Shown: positions 48,499-57,819, counted from the first letter of the stretch. The stretch: DNA of 64,000 nucleotides from Candidatus Parvarchaeota archaeon (GCA_023378805.1 JAMCSQ010000019.1:11738-75737), one strand, 5' to 3'. Translations and numbers: made by a program. Notes: generated from the sequence alone by a model not told the origin.

Positions 48499-49672
48499 AT
48501 ATGTTTCCTGATCCTGCTATTGTCCAAACATTATTTATTTTTCTAGATAGGATAGCTCTTTCGCCTATGAAATATGGTAAAGCTGAATTTCCTAAATTTA
48601 CAACAATCCCATTATTTGAGTAAGAAACGACTGTTCCAAGAACCTTTGAAGATAAAACATTTAAAAGAACGGTTTCATTTTTCTGCGGTGGCTTGCTGAA
48701 CTTATTAGGTATGGACTCGTATTTGATTGCTATCCTGCTTTTGAATAAAGGAACAGTATCAGCTCTTACAACTAAAGAGCCGGCTAAGTTATCTCTTCTT
48801 GCTAATGAAGGGTCTAAATCAGTTTCTAATCCTATCATCAACCCTCTTACTGCTTCTTTTTCAGGTTCAAACTCGCTTTGTATGCTTAAAACTTTGGTCT
48901 TTAAAGGCCTCCATGAATTTTTTATGTAAACGCCTGGATAAACAACCACTGCATCGTTGATTTTCAAGGAGCCAGATTTTAGTCCACCTCCTAAAACCCC
49001 TCCTTTGAGTTCATTTATGTCTGCACCGGGTCTATTAATATCAAAACTTCTTACTATTACCATTTCGGTCCTTTCTTCTTTAGAATTATCTGGAACTTCA
49101 AACTTACCTATCTCCTGTATAAGTTCTGTAATGTTTATATCCTGTGCAGCAAATACAGGTACTATTTTTGCATCTTGGTAGCCGTTCTTTGACATAAACT
49201 CCTTTATCTCATTGTAGCTTTCCTTTGCGCGGTCTTTCCCTACAACATCTATTTTTGTCTGTGCTACAACTATATTTTTAACACCTATTATTCGTAAGGC
49301 TTCTATGTGTTCCTGTGTTTGAGGTTGAGGACACTTTTGATTTGCGGCTATAACCAGAACGGCTCCGTCTACTAAAGTTGCTCCGCTTAGCATTATAGTC
49401 ATCAATGTTTTATGTCCCGGTGAGTCTATTATTGAAACCCTATAGTAAAGACTTGCATTTGAATTGCATATCTCGCACTTCTCATTCCTGCTAAATGAAC
49501 CGCATGAATCACATTTGTATATAAGAAAATGGGCATAACCAAGCCTTATTGTTATTCCTCTCTTTTTTTCTTCACTGTGTCTTAAAGTAGATTCGCTAGT
49601 AATCGCCCTTACCAAAGTCGTCTTGCCATCGGCGAAATTACCAACTACATCTATCGTTATGTCTTTAACCAT
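48491..49672 (-). CDS. eif2g: Translation initiation factor aIF2 gamma subunit
   Basis: HSEEKKRGITIRLGY, DSPGH, MLSGA, PQPQTQEH, RSFDINRPG, GGVLGG; ATG at 49672. Confidence 0.95.
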   Translation of the reverse strand: MVKDITIDVVGNFADGKTTLVRAITSESTLRHSEEKKRGITIRLGYAHFLIYKCDSCGSFSRNEKCEICNSNASLYYRVSIIDSPGHKTLMTIMLSGATLVDGAVLVIAANQKCPQPQTQEHIEALRIIGVKNIVVAQTKIDVVGKDRAKESYNEIKEFMSKNGYQDAKIVPVFAAQDINITELIQEIGKFEVPDNSKEERTEMVIVRSFDINRPGADINELKGGVLGGGLKSGSLKINDAVVVYPGVYIKNSWRPLKTKVLSIQSEFEPEKEAVRGLMIGLETDLDPSLARRDNLAGSLVVRADTVPLFKSRIAIKYESIPNKFSKPPQKNETVLLNVLSSKVLGTVVSYSNNGIVVNLGNSALPYFIGERAILSRKINNVWTIAGSGNIYE

Positions 49673-50042
49673 TAGAAGGCGTGAATAACTGCTCCAAAGA
49701 TTTCTCACCGTACTTTGATATCTTTATGTTGATTTGAGAAGTAAATTGGCCAATCGTATTTCCTGCGATGCTCTTCCTTCTACGTATTTTCTGCTTGTTT
49801 CCTAGTCCTTTTCCTATAAGCACTTTTCTAAGACCAGAACCATCTAAATCCTTCGACATGGGCATTCCTGTCATATAGCTTCCCCCTGTTATTATCCCAG
49901 AATAACCATCTAAACCTAAAAATGAAAGCTCTAATTCTTCTCCTATTTTTTTACCGAATAACTGGTCCGACTTGTCACTTTCAAGAGTTTTATTGAATGA
50001 CTTGCCTGTTTTCCCATCATTTATTACAATCTTTATCTCCAT
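49665..50042 (-). CDS. rps6e: 30S ribosomal protein S6e
   Basis: GKKIGE, ITGGS...G.PM, RRRKSIAGN, QINIK. Confidence 0.95.
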   Translation of the reverse strand: MEIKIVINDGKTGKSFNKTLESDKSDQLFGKKIGEELELSFLGLDGYSGIITGGSYMTGMPMSKDLDGSGLRKVLIGKGLGNKQKIRRRKSIAGNTIGQFTSQINIKISKYGEKSLEQLFTPSNG

Positions 50043-50126
50043 AGACTTTATTAGATATGACTATTATTTATAAATAGCTTTGCATTAGAATAAATAACTT
50101 ATTAAACTAAAAAACTATAAGGTAAG

Positions 50127-50819
50127 ATGGAAATGATCTTTGTTGAATCCAGATTCAGGGGAAAGCTTAGCGATGAATTTATTAAAAGAATTTATAACGA
50201 AATAAAACCCTATAAAAAGATAAATCTTGTGGCTGCAATACAGTTCATAGACCAAATGAATGATTTTAAGAATAGGATAAAAGACAAGGAGTTCGTAGTT
50301 AAACAGTCGCTTTACAGAGCTATGTACCCGGGTCAGATATTGGGCTGTGACGTTTATGCTGCAGACTGCGAAGACTGCGATGCGACTCTGGCTTTTGAGC
50401 AAGGCATGTTTCACGTACTCGGTATACCTCTTAAATATGGAAAGGCGGTAATCACTGCAGATCCTGAAACAGAAAATATAGAAATAATAGACGCAGAGGT
50501 AGCTGATAAATATCGAAAAAGGATAATGCAGGGGATAGGGGCAGTATTGACCGCAAAAAAAGTTATGTTTGTTGAGTCTACAAAGGCCGGCCAGACTTAT
50601 GGCTCGAAACTTTTGAAGGAAAAACTAAGAAAAGATGGCAAGCAGGTTTATTTCGTTGTTGCAGATGAAATAAATTTTGATAGACTAAATGAATTCAGGG
50701 AAATAGATGTTTTCATAAGTACAGCCTGCCAAAGGATAGCAATAGATGACATGAACAAGGTTAAAAAGCCAATGATAAATGCAGAGGATCTTGAAAGTTA
50801 TCTTAGAGAAAACAAATGA
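50127..50819 (+). CDS. dph2: Diphthamide biosynthesis Dph2-family protein, short form
   Basis: AAIQF, GQILGC, GMFH, K.GQ, TACQRIAIDD. Confidence 0.85.
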   Translation: MEMIFVESRFRGKLSDEFIKRIYNEIKPYKKINLVAAIQFIDQMNDFKNRIKDKEFVVKQSLYRAMYPGQILGCDVYAADCEDCDATLAFEQGMFHVLGIPLKYGKAVITADPETENIEIIDAEVADKYRKRIMQGIGAVLTAKKVMFVESTKAGQTYGSKLLKEKLRKDGKQVYFVVADEINFDRLNEFREIDVFISTACQRIAIDDMNKVKKPMINAEDLESYLRENK

Positions 50820-50852
50820 AATGCATTTAAATAGCTGGGTCCATAGATTTTT

Positions 50853-51779
50853 ATGAAGGCTATAGTTACAGGAGGGGCTGGATTTATAGGCTCGCATATT
50901 ACTGAAAAGCTTGTAAATGAAGGTTATTCAGTTTCTGTAATTGATTCTTTAAACACTGGCGATAAAAATAACCTTAAAGCTGTATCAGATAAAATTAAAT
51001 TTATAAAGGGGAACTCGTCACAGATATCAAAACTGGAAAAATCAGATATAATCTTCCATGAAGGAATATACTCCTCAACGCCGATGTACAGAAAAGACAA
51101 TACATTGGTCGGAAAAGCTATCTCCGAATTTATAGCTGTTTTAAATTACTGTGTAAAGAACAAATGCAAGCTTGTTTTTGCCTCCAGTTCATCTATATAC
51201 AATGGTTATCCTCCTCCGCATAATGAAGAGATGGTGCCTAAAGTAAAGGATTTCTATACGGAAGCAAGATACTCAATGGAAAGACTTGCAGAGCTTTTCA
51301 ATCAGATGTACGGATTGGAGTACTGTGGATTAAGGTACTTCAGTGTGTACGGTGACAGAGAAGAAAGCAAAAAAGAGTTCGCTAATATGGTTTCACAGAT
51401 AATATGGAAAGGGCTGCTTAACAAAGAACTTGTAATATACGGTGATGGCACTCAAAGAAGGGATCTTACGAATGTTGCAGACGTTGTATCTGCTAATTTG
51501 CTTGCTGCCAGAAGCAAGGAAAACGGAATATTTAATGTAGGTACTGGTATATCCTATTCATTTAATGAAATAATAGAAGAAATTGAAAAAGCTATGGGTA
51601 AAAAAATAAAGACAAAGAAAATAGAAAACCCTCTGAAAAATTACGTTGATATAGTGCATGCAGATACAAAAAAAAGCATGGAAAAACTTGGTTTTTCCGC
51701 AAAAATAAAACTAGAAGAGGGGATAAATGCTGCTTTGGATTATTACCGAAAACTCAAAAAAGTCCCGGATATTTTCTAA
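50853..51779 (+). CDS. NAD-dependent nucleotide-sugar epimerase/dehydratase (extended SDR)
   Basis: TGGAGFIGSH, ASSSSIY, RYFSVYG, GDGTQRRD, FNVGTG. Confidence 0.92.
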   Translation: MKAIVTGGAGFIGSHITEKLVNEGYSVSVIDSLNTGDKNNLKAVSDKIKFIKGNSSQISKLEKSDIIFHEGIYSSTPMYRKDNTLVGKAISEFIAVLNYCVKNKCKLVFASSSSIYNGYPPPHNEEMVPKVKDFYTEARYSMERLAELFNQMYGLEYCGLRYFSVYGDREESKKEFANMVSQIIWKGLLNKELVIYGDGTQRRDLTNVADVVSANLLAARSKENGIFNVGTGISYSFNEIIEEIEKAMGKKIKTKKIENPLKNYVDIVHADTKKSMEKLGFSAKIKLEEGINAALDYYRKLKKVPDIF

Positions 51780-51781
51780 TT

Positions 51782-52690
51782 TTACAGTAATTTTATTCTG
51801 CCGACGACTCTGTTCCTCCCTATAGAAAGACTAGGATCTGCTAAAAGATAAATCCCTTTTATTTCTGCTATCTTCTTGTTAAAATGTGCTTTTACACTAC
51901 TACCGTCTCTTGAAAGACTAAGGCTTAAAGACTCTCCAAAAAATAAGCATGAAAGTTGCTTCGAAAATGGATCATCTTTATAAAAAGGAGAAAGAGTTAA
52001 TTCTACTTCTATGGTATCGTTTACTTTGCCTATTGAGGATAAGGCATAATTATTTGAAAGATCCTGCTCAGAAACATTATTCAAAGCAAGCCCGACATGA
52101 GAACCTGCTTCTGCAGAATCGCTGTCCACATCCATTATCTGTATGCTTTTTATGCTGCACTGTTTCAATGAAGGCATAAGAAGAACCTTTTCTCCTTTTT
52201 TTATCTGCTGACCCAAAACAAAACCTATTATAACGGAGCCTATCCCCTTGACTATAAAATGCTTGTCTATTGAAACATACTTAAAATCCCTATCTTTTTC
52301 CTTTGGTCTTTCTATAAACATTGAACTTAAATCCGATTTTTTGAACTTTCCTATTTTGTATTTATCAAAGAACCTATCAAAAGAAGTAATGTCAGAATAG
52401 TCATCTTTAAGTATTAAACCTTCTTCTATGTCAGAGTTTTCAATGCAAAGCGCAAGTTCTGCATCCAATGCATTTATTTCACTTCCTACAAAGAAATAAA
52501 CGTAATCTGAAACTGAAAGGATATAGAGAATTGAAAGCAGAGACTTAGGAAAGTCTATTGAATAAAGAATTAAATTACCGGTTTTATCCAGCGCTATCTG
52601 AACATTGTTTATAATATCTAGTTTTTTTGATATTAACCCTTTCATCTTTTCTTCTTCTATCGGCTTGGCTGACAGCAACGCGATTATCAT
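51782..52690 (-). CDS. SelB-like / EF-Tu domain II protein lacking a functional GTPase P-loop
   Basis: IDKHFIVKGIGSVIIG, IKSIQ, AGSHVGLAL; no GxxxxGK motif. Confidence 0.75.
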   Translation of the reverse strand: MIIALLSAKPIEEEKMKGLISKKLDIINNVQIALDKTGNLILYSIDFPKSLLSILYILSVSDYVYFFVGSEINALDAELALCIENSDIEEGLILKDDYSDITSFDRFFDKYKIGKFKKSDLSSMFIERPKEKDRDFKYVSIDKHFIVKGIGSVIIGFVLGQQIKKGEKVLLMPSLKQCSIKSIQIMDVDSDSAEAGSHVGLALNNVSEQDLSNNYALSSIGKVNDTIEVELTLSPFYKDDPFSKQLSCLFFGESLSLSLSRDGSSVKAHFNKKIAEIKGIYLLADPSLSIGRNRVVGRIKLL

Positions 52691-52737
52691 GAGTAGTTTA
52701 ATTCTTTTTGTCTTTTAAAAATTATACCTTTTCCTTT

Positions 52738-53487
52738 TTATTCCGGTTTTCTAGCAATTATTACCATTCTGGATTTATTGAAATATCCATTTTCTGCATC
52801 GTATCCAAAAACATCCTTAAAATAGCTAATATTGTCATTAAGTATCCTTTTTGCTTTTCTTCCATCTACACTATTTTCGCTTATAGGTGATAACCAAGAT
52901 TGAAAGGTTTCCTTCATTTCGAATGTCTTAAAATTATCAACCTGAAAGGCGTTTTCTTTTAATATCTTAAACCAGTAATCCAATGATTCAGAGCCAGTAT
53001 AACTTGTATCCCTTGCCTTCTCAAATTTATTGAATAAATTCCTTTTGTCACCCATCGGCTTCAACAAATCAGTTATTCCAAACTTTCCTCCCTTTTTAAG
53101 GACTCTCCAAACTTCTTCTATGAACATTTTCTTGTCTTTTATGTGATGTGCTACTCTTCTACAAGATACTACATCAAAAACATTGTCTGGAAAAGGTAGG
53201 GATAAAGCATTACCTTTTACAAATATTATATTACTTTTATTATCTTCCGCCTTTTTAACTGCAATATCAAGCATCTGTTCGTTCATGTCCAAACCTACAG
53301 AAACTGTTACTTTATCTGACATTTCAAAAGCAACAAATCCGGGGCCAGTACCGACATCTAATGCTTTATAATTTTTCTTCAGATCCAACATAGAAATAAG
53401 CAAATCTAAATCTTTTCCATGCATGTGACTCTCACTGCTAGCGTACTCTTTTGCGTGCCTGCTAAAAAAACCCTGTAAAGACTGCAT
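52738..53487 (-). CDS. Class I SAM-dependent methyltransferase (UbiE-like)
   Basis: LDVGTGPG, LPFPDNVFD, AHH, RVLKKGG. Confidence 0.9.
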   Translation of the reverse strand: MQSLQGFFSRHAKEYASSESHMHGKDLDLLISMLDLKKNYKALDVGTGPGFVAFEMSDKVTVSVGLDMNEQMLDIAVKKAEDNKSNIIFVKGNALSLPFPDNVFDVVSCRRVAHHIKDKKMFIEEVWRVLKKGGKFGITDLLKPMGDKRNLFNKFEKARDTSYTGSESLDYWFKILKENAFQVDNFKTFEMKETFQSWLSPISENSVDGRKAKRILNDNISYFKDVFGYDAENGYFNKSRMVIIARKPE

Positions 53488-54034
53488 AATATTAGATATA
53501 ACCCACGAATTAATATCTTTATATAAAACTTAGGCGTGTGCATAATTCTTTATTCTAGCCTTGCTTACTATAATGATATTGTGTCTAATAAGCAATAAAA
53601 CCTGAGAAAGCGCATGAAGAAAAATTTAGAAATGCTATTTTAATTGGTTTTATTACTTAACGGCCGTTCTAATATCTCCTTTCATTGACTTAAGCTATAA
53701 TGAAAGAGAAGCAAGGGACTAAATAAATTGCATAAGATAGTAACTCACTATTTACTTACTTTATTTTAATCAAATCCATGCAGCTATCCAATTTAGAACC
53801 TCGAGTTCTCGAGCTTTTTCTTCTTTTTAACGTATCACTAATTAGTGAGTTTTCTCACAGATGAATCCGAGATAACTCCTACTTTACTCTTAGAAGACTA
53901 ATAGATAAAGCCCATATAAATTAGATATTGATTTTGAATTATTTAGGCATGAATTATGCAAAGTATATACTTTTTTATACATCTGGGTAAGGAGTAAAAT
54001 TAAGAGGGAGATATACTATACCCATAGTTAAAAA

Positions 54035-54108
54035 TGGGCTCGACGGGATTTGAACCCGCAACAATCCGGTTAAGAGCCGGATGCTCTACCGAGTTAAGCT
54101 ACGAGCCC
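54035..54108 (-). tRNA. tRNA-Lys (CTT)
   Basis: GGGCTCG/CGAGCCC acceptor stem, TCCGG-CTCTTAA-CCGGA anticodon arm, TTCAAAT T-loop; no intron, CCA not encoded. Confidence 0.96.
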
Positions 54109-54164
54109 AGTTAACAAATCATTTAATTATATCAACAATAAAAATGTTTATTTCTATATAATAC

Positions 54165-54746
54165 CTACATTTTCGTGATAAATGAGTGATTCACTAAATA
54201 ACATTCAATATTATTTATATCTAGATTATTTAATATATACCGTATATTTTCTTCCTTATCCTCAAATAGAGATAAATGATTATATTTATCACTGAGTTTT
54301 TTTATTTCTAATAATTTCCATTCTTCGTCTTTTAATTCATGATTTTTGGGTAGTATTACCAGTTTATAATTTAAATTGTATGCATTTAGAAGCTCTTCAG
54401 TTTCTTTTCTAAATTCCTCGCCTCTTGCACTTAAAATTATAAGTTCTGATCCCTGTTTAACGCACTCATTTAAATAATTTATAAGAGGTTTGTTTGGATA
54501 CAGCTCTTCGCAATATTTTACATAGGCTAAAGTATACAAATCAGTTTTCCATTTTTTGTTGAAACCTTTTGCTACTTTACCTTCTTCCATTGTAATTTCC
54601 AAGTCACTTAAAAGTTTGTAATCTTGACTGGTATCTTTGCTTTTTATTAAATTATCGTATAAATCTTTAGCGGCATGAATTAACGCCTTTTTATTGAAAA
54701 AAATGGTATCATCAAAATCTGACACTATGGCAGATAATTTTTTCAT
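54165..54746 (-). CDS. HAD superfamily hydrolase
   Basis: DFDDT motif I, LSAR motif II, K, FED. Confidence 0.8.
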   Translation of the reverse strand: MKKLSAIVSDFDDTIFFNKKALIHAAKDLYDNLIKSKDTSQDYKLLSDLEITMEEGKVAKGFNKKWKTDLYTLAYVKYCEELYPNKPLINYLNECVKQGSELIILSARGEEFRKETEELLNAYNLNYKLVILPKNHELKDEEWKLLEIKKLSDKYNHLSLFEDKEENIRYILNNLDINNIECYLVNHSFITKM

Positions 54747-54800
54747 ATTATTATAAGAAAGTGATAATTTAAATAATAAATATTACTTAAAAAGTTGTAA

Positions 54801-54873
54801 GGGCCTATGGTCTAGTGGTTATGACGTCTGCCTTACACGCAGAAGGCCGGGAGTTCGAACCTCCCTGGGCCCA
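54801..54873 (+). tRNA. tRNA-Val (TAC)
   Basis: GGGCCTA/TGGGCCC acceptor stem, TCTGC-CTTACAC-GCAGA anticodon arm, TTCGAAC T-loop; CCA not encoded. Confidence 0.96.
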
Positions 54874-54881
54874 CTATTGAC

Positions 54882-55157
54882 ATGGTAGACAAGATAAAAT
54901 GTGCACATATACTGGTAAAAAAGCAATCTGTTGCTTACAGTATACTCGAAAGAATAAATAAAGGAGAGAGCTTTTCAAAGCTTGCAGAACAATTCTCGAT
55001 TGACAGCTCAAGAAGAAGAGGGGGAGAACTGGGTTACTTTGGCAGAGGCGTTATGGTAAAGGAGTTTGAAAAAGCGGCCTTTTCATTAAATAAAGGACAG
55101 ATTTCCCAGCCTGTAAAAACGCAGTTCGGCTATCATATAATTAAAAGACTGGATTAA
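54882..55157 (+). CDS. Single-domain parvulin peptidyl-prolyl isomerase
   Basis: AHILV, FSKLA..FS.D, GGELG, MVKEFEKAAF, PVKTQFGYHII. Confidence 0.95.
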   Translation: MVDKIKCAHILVKKQSVAYSILERINKGESFSKLAEQFSIDSSRRRGGELGYFGRGVMVKEFEKAAFSLNKGQISQPVKTQFGYHIIKRLD

Positions 55158-55618
55158 TTGGATAAGAATCTGCTTCCGAACAGGGAAAATAACATTTTTT
55201 TGTATTCCTCTAAAAGAGCTGAATCAATATAATCTGTCATAAAATTTAAAGTCTCTTTACTTGTTTCAATTTCTATTTTCATTAAAGTTATATTGTCAGA
55301 AAGCAACCTGAACTTTTTTATATCTAAATAGTTCACTACCAGATATGACAATTTGTTTAGATAATCATAATCGATAGTTTCAGAGCAAGTTTTATCCATA
55401 TTTTCTTTAAAATTGGATAATACCGCGGAGGGAGTACTTGCATCTATAACCGCGCCGCTTGCAGGCCACATCCCTATTGGAGATTCCGAAAGTATACTAT
55501 CGACCTTTGAATCCTCTACTAAAAACATATCAGATGAACTAAAAAAAATATAAAGTAGCTTGCTATTTTTAGACATACCTGAAATGTTTGGTATTATACC
55601 TTGTATGAAAGATTTCAT
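55154..55618 (-). CDS. Hypothetical protein
   Basis: 154 aa ORF with upstream TATA-like element. Confidence 0.6.
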   Translation of the reverse strand: MKSFIQGIIPNISGMSKNSKLLYIFFSSSDMFLVEDSKVDSILSESPIGMWPASGAVIDASTPSAVLSNFKENMDKTCSETIDYDYLNKLSYLVVNYLDIKKFRLLSDNITLMKIEIETSKETLNFMTDYIDSALLEEYKKMLFSLFGSRFLSN

Positions 55619-55696
55619 CTATATATTAAGAGTTATATTATAATAAATCTTACATAACGCCGTGAAAATTTAGTGGTATAAGTTTATGATGTAAAC

Positions 55697-55830
55697 GCCA
55701 AAATTATCGAGTAACAGAAAAAGGCAGTTAAACTGTATGAATTTGGTCCTCCAAATATCCTCTTAAGTTTAACTCCTGCTCTATTGAATGTTTCATAGCC
55801 ATGAAATTATTCTTCAATATATTTAAGCGA
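55697..55830 (-). pseudogene. Decayed pirin-family (cupin) 5' fragment
   Basis: Minus strand reads SLKYIEE*FHGYETFNRAGVKLKRIFGGPNSYSLT, then after a frameshift FLLLDNFG; matches the pirin N-terminal GAGV...R.FGG...DPFLLLD.FG pattern. Confidence 0.65.
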
Positions 55831-55914
55831 TGAAATATTTATTTTAAAACGTTTTATCAGCATATAACTTATACGATATAAATATTAATATTAGATTAAA
55901 TCCTTAAATTAAAC

Positions 55915-56223
55915 ATGATAAATGTAGGAATGTACTACAATGTTAAGAAAGGGCATGAGAAAGAATTTGAAGATACTTTTCAAAAAGTAGTTGAATATTT
56001 AAAAAACAATATAAATGGTTTTGAAAAGGCGGGTATATACAAAAAAGTTGGAGAGGAAAACAGCGCAACAGAATATATGATATACAGCGAATGGAAAGAC
56101 ACGAATTCATTCCGAGAGTTTACAACTGCTAAAGCATTCCATGAAACCACTGAATATGGAAAAAACATAATAGAAGGCAGACCTTACCATAAGATATTCA
56201 ATGAAGTAAAGGAGGAAAATTAA
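55915..56223 (+). CDS. Antibiotic biosynthesis monooxygenase (ABM/IsdG-like) protein
   Basis: Y.VKKGHEKEFE, YMIYSEW, F..F....AFH. Confidence 0.85.
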   Translation: MINVGMYYNVKKGHEKEFEDTFQKVVEYLKNNINGFEKAGIYKKVGEENSATEYMIYSEWKDTNSFREFTTAKAFHETTEYGKNIIEGRPYHKIFNEVKEEN

Positions 56224-56843
56224 ACATTTTCCACTTTTTTGCCTACAAAAACAGGACTCTCTACTATTATCCAGTTCCTTGCCTCTGCCTTTCTCAAATC
56301 CCTTGCAACTTTCATCCATTTTACAAGGGATTCAACCTCATACATAACAAGGAATTCATGGTCATCAATAGCAAATGAATAAGTTGTATATGACCTTATA
56401 TTTTCATTGTTTGAATCGCTTACTGCCAGGTTTACATGCTCTTTTGTTATTCTGTTCTGCTCTTTCTCCTCAAGTAAATACCATTTTGGATCTTTCTTTA
56501 CAGGATAAGCAACAAAGTACTTTAACCTGCTGTCTTCTTTCATATAACTGGCATTCGGATGCTCATAAATTGAAAGATAGCTGTATGTTTCATTTAGAAC
56601 ATTACCAAAAAGTTCGATTAGGTTTTGTTTAAATGAAAGGAGAATATCAAAGGATCCTGCAATATTAAAAAGTATTAGATCTACATTACGTTTTATGGAA
56701 AAGTACTGCCTAGAAATAAACATTCCTTCATTTGCTGTTTTCTTAGCAAGCTCATTTATCCGTTCAGTCAACTCTTTTCTGCTTATTTCCCCGTCATTCA
56801 AACAAAGCTTGAAGCAGTGCAGTGAAACAAAAAGTTCTTCCAT
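56220..56843 (-). CDS. Chlorite dismutase / coproheme decarboxylase (ChdC/HemQ)-family protein
   Basis: YFVAYPVKKDPKWYLL, EH heme ligand, TTYSFAIDDHEF, LRKAEAR; start 56843 or 56861. Confidence 0.85.
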   Translation of the reverse strand: MEELFVSLHCFKLCLNDGEISRKELTERINELAKKTANEGMFISRQYFSIKRNVDLILFNIAGSFDILLSFKQNLIELFGNVLNETYSYLSIYEHPNASYMKEDSRLKYFVAYPVKKDPKWYLLEEKEQNRITKEHVNLAVSDSNNENIRSYTTYSFAIDDHEFLVMYEVESLVKWMKVARDLRKAEARNWIIVESPVFVGKKVENV

Positions 56844-56844
56844 T

Positions 56845-57375
56845 TTAAACCTTCCTACCATTCATTTTGCTGAAATGCTCGTAAAAAAGCAATGCGAGCA
56901 TCGTTTTTGTGTCTTTTATTTTTCCAGTGTATACGTTTTTAATTGCATCATTTAAGTTGATTTCTACAGGGGTTATAACTTCATTTTCGTCAAGACTTCT
57001 TTCCTTTTTAATAACATCATAGGCAACATAGTAATATTCAAAATAATCCATCAATGCTGGGTTATTCCATGTTTTAAACATGAATTTTATCTTATTTGGG
57101 TAATAACCTGTTTCTTCAGTAAGTTCCCTCCTTACTGCGTTTTCCCTGCTTTCTCCCTCTTCTATTGAACCAGCTGGCAACTCCAGTATTTTTTTATTTA
57201 CTGCAAAACGGAACTGTCTTTCCATAATTATTGTATCTTTATCAAGAAAAGGAAGTATCACGACTGCATCGCTTTTAAGTATTCTGAAGTTTTTCAACCT
57301 TTTACCCCTTATATTTGAATAACCTTCTTGGATTCTAAGTGTATTAAAAGGCGATTTGTATGCTACCTTTCCCAT
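56845..57375 (-). CDS. Nudix hydrolase (ADP-ribose pyrophosphatase-like)
   Basis: ELPAGSIEEGE...AVRRELTEETG Nudix box, QFRF, IKDTKT. Confidence 0.92.
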   Translation of the reverse strand: MGKVAYKSPFNTLRIQEGYSNIRGKRLKNFRILKSDAVVILPFLDKDTIIMERQFRFAVNKKILELPAGSIEEGESRENAVRRELTEETGYYPNKIKFMFKTWNNPALMDYFEYYYVAYDVIKKERSLDENEVITPVEINLNDAIKNVYTGKIKDTKTMLALLFYEHFSKMNGRKV

Positions 57376-57521
57376 TTATAAACTAAGAAGATAGTTATAT
57401 TATAATCTTTAGAAAAGGAAACAAACGGATTGTAAAATATACAGATATAAAGTTTCTTCGCTACTTTACATGTTTTTAATAAATAATTAAGTATATAAAA
57501 ATAGTAGCTTCATAATAGATT

Positions 57522-57815
57522 ATGGCAAAAAATAGCTGCGACATGCGTGGTATGCTTTCCTTTCAGATACTCAATATGCTTAAGAAAAACAACCTATGTG
57601 GAGAAGAGATAGCTAGAAAAATAGAAAAATACAGGGGTAAAAAACCCGTTGCCAGTACAATTTATCCTGCGCTTAAAAGATTATCAAATAGCGGGTTAAT
57701 AACCGGAAAAAGAGATGGGAAAAGAAAAGTTTATTCTATTACTAAAAAAGGCCGTTTAGAAGAGAAAAAGGCGCTTGCTTACTTCGAAAGGTTATATTTA
57801 GAAATCCGAAAATAG
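57522..57815 (+). CDS. PadR family transcriptional regulator
   Basis: MRGMLSFQIL, TIYPALKRL, RKVYSITKKG. Confidence 0.92.
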   Translation: MAKNSCDMRGMLSFQILNMLKKNNLCGEEIARKIEKYRGKKPVASTIYPALKRLSNSGLITGKRDGKRKVYSITKKGRLEEKKALAYFERLYLEIRK

Positions 57816-57819
57816 GGGG

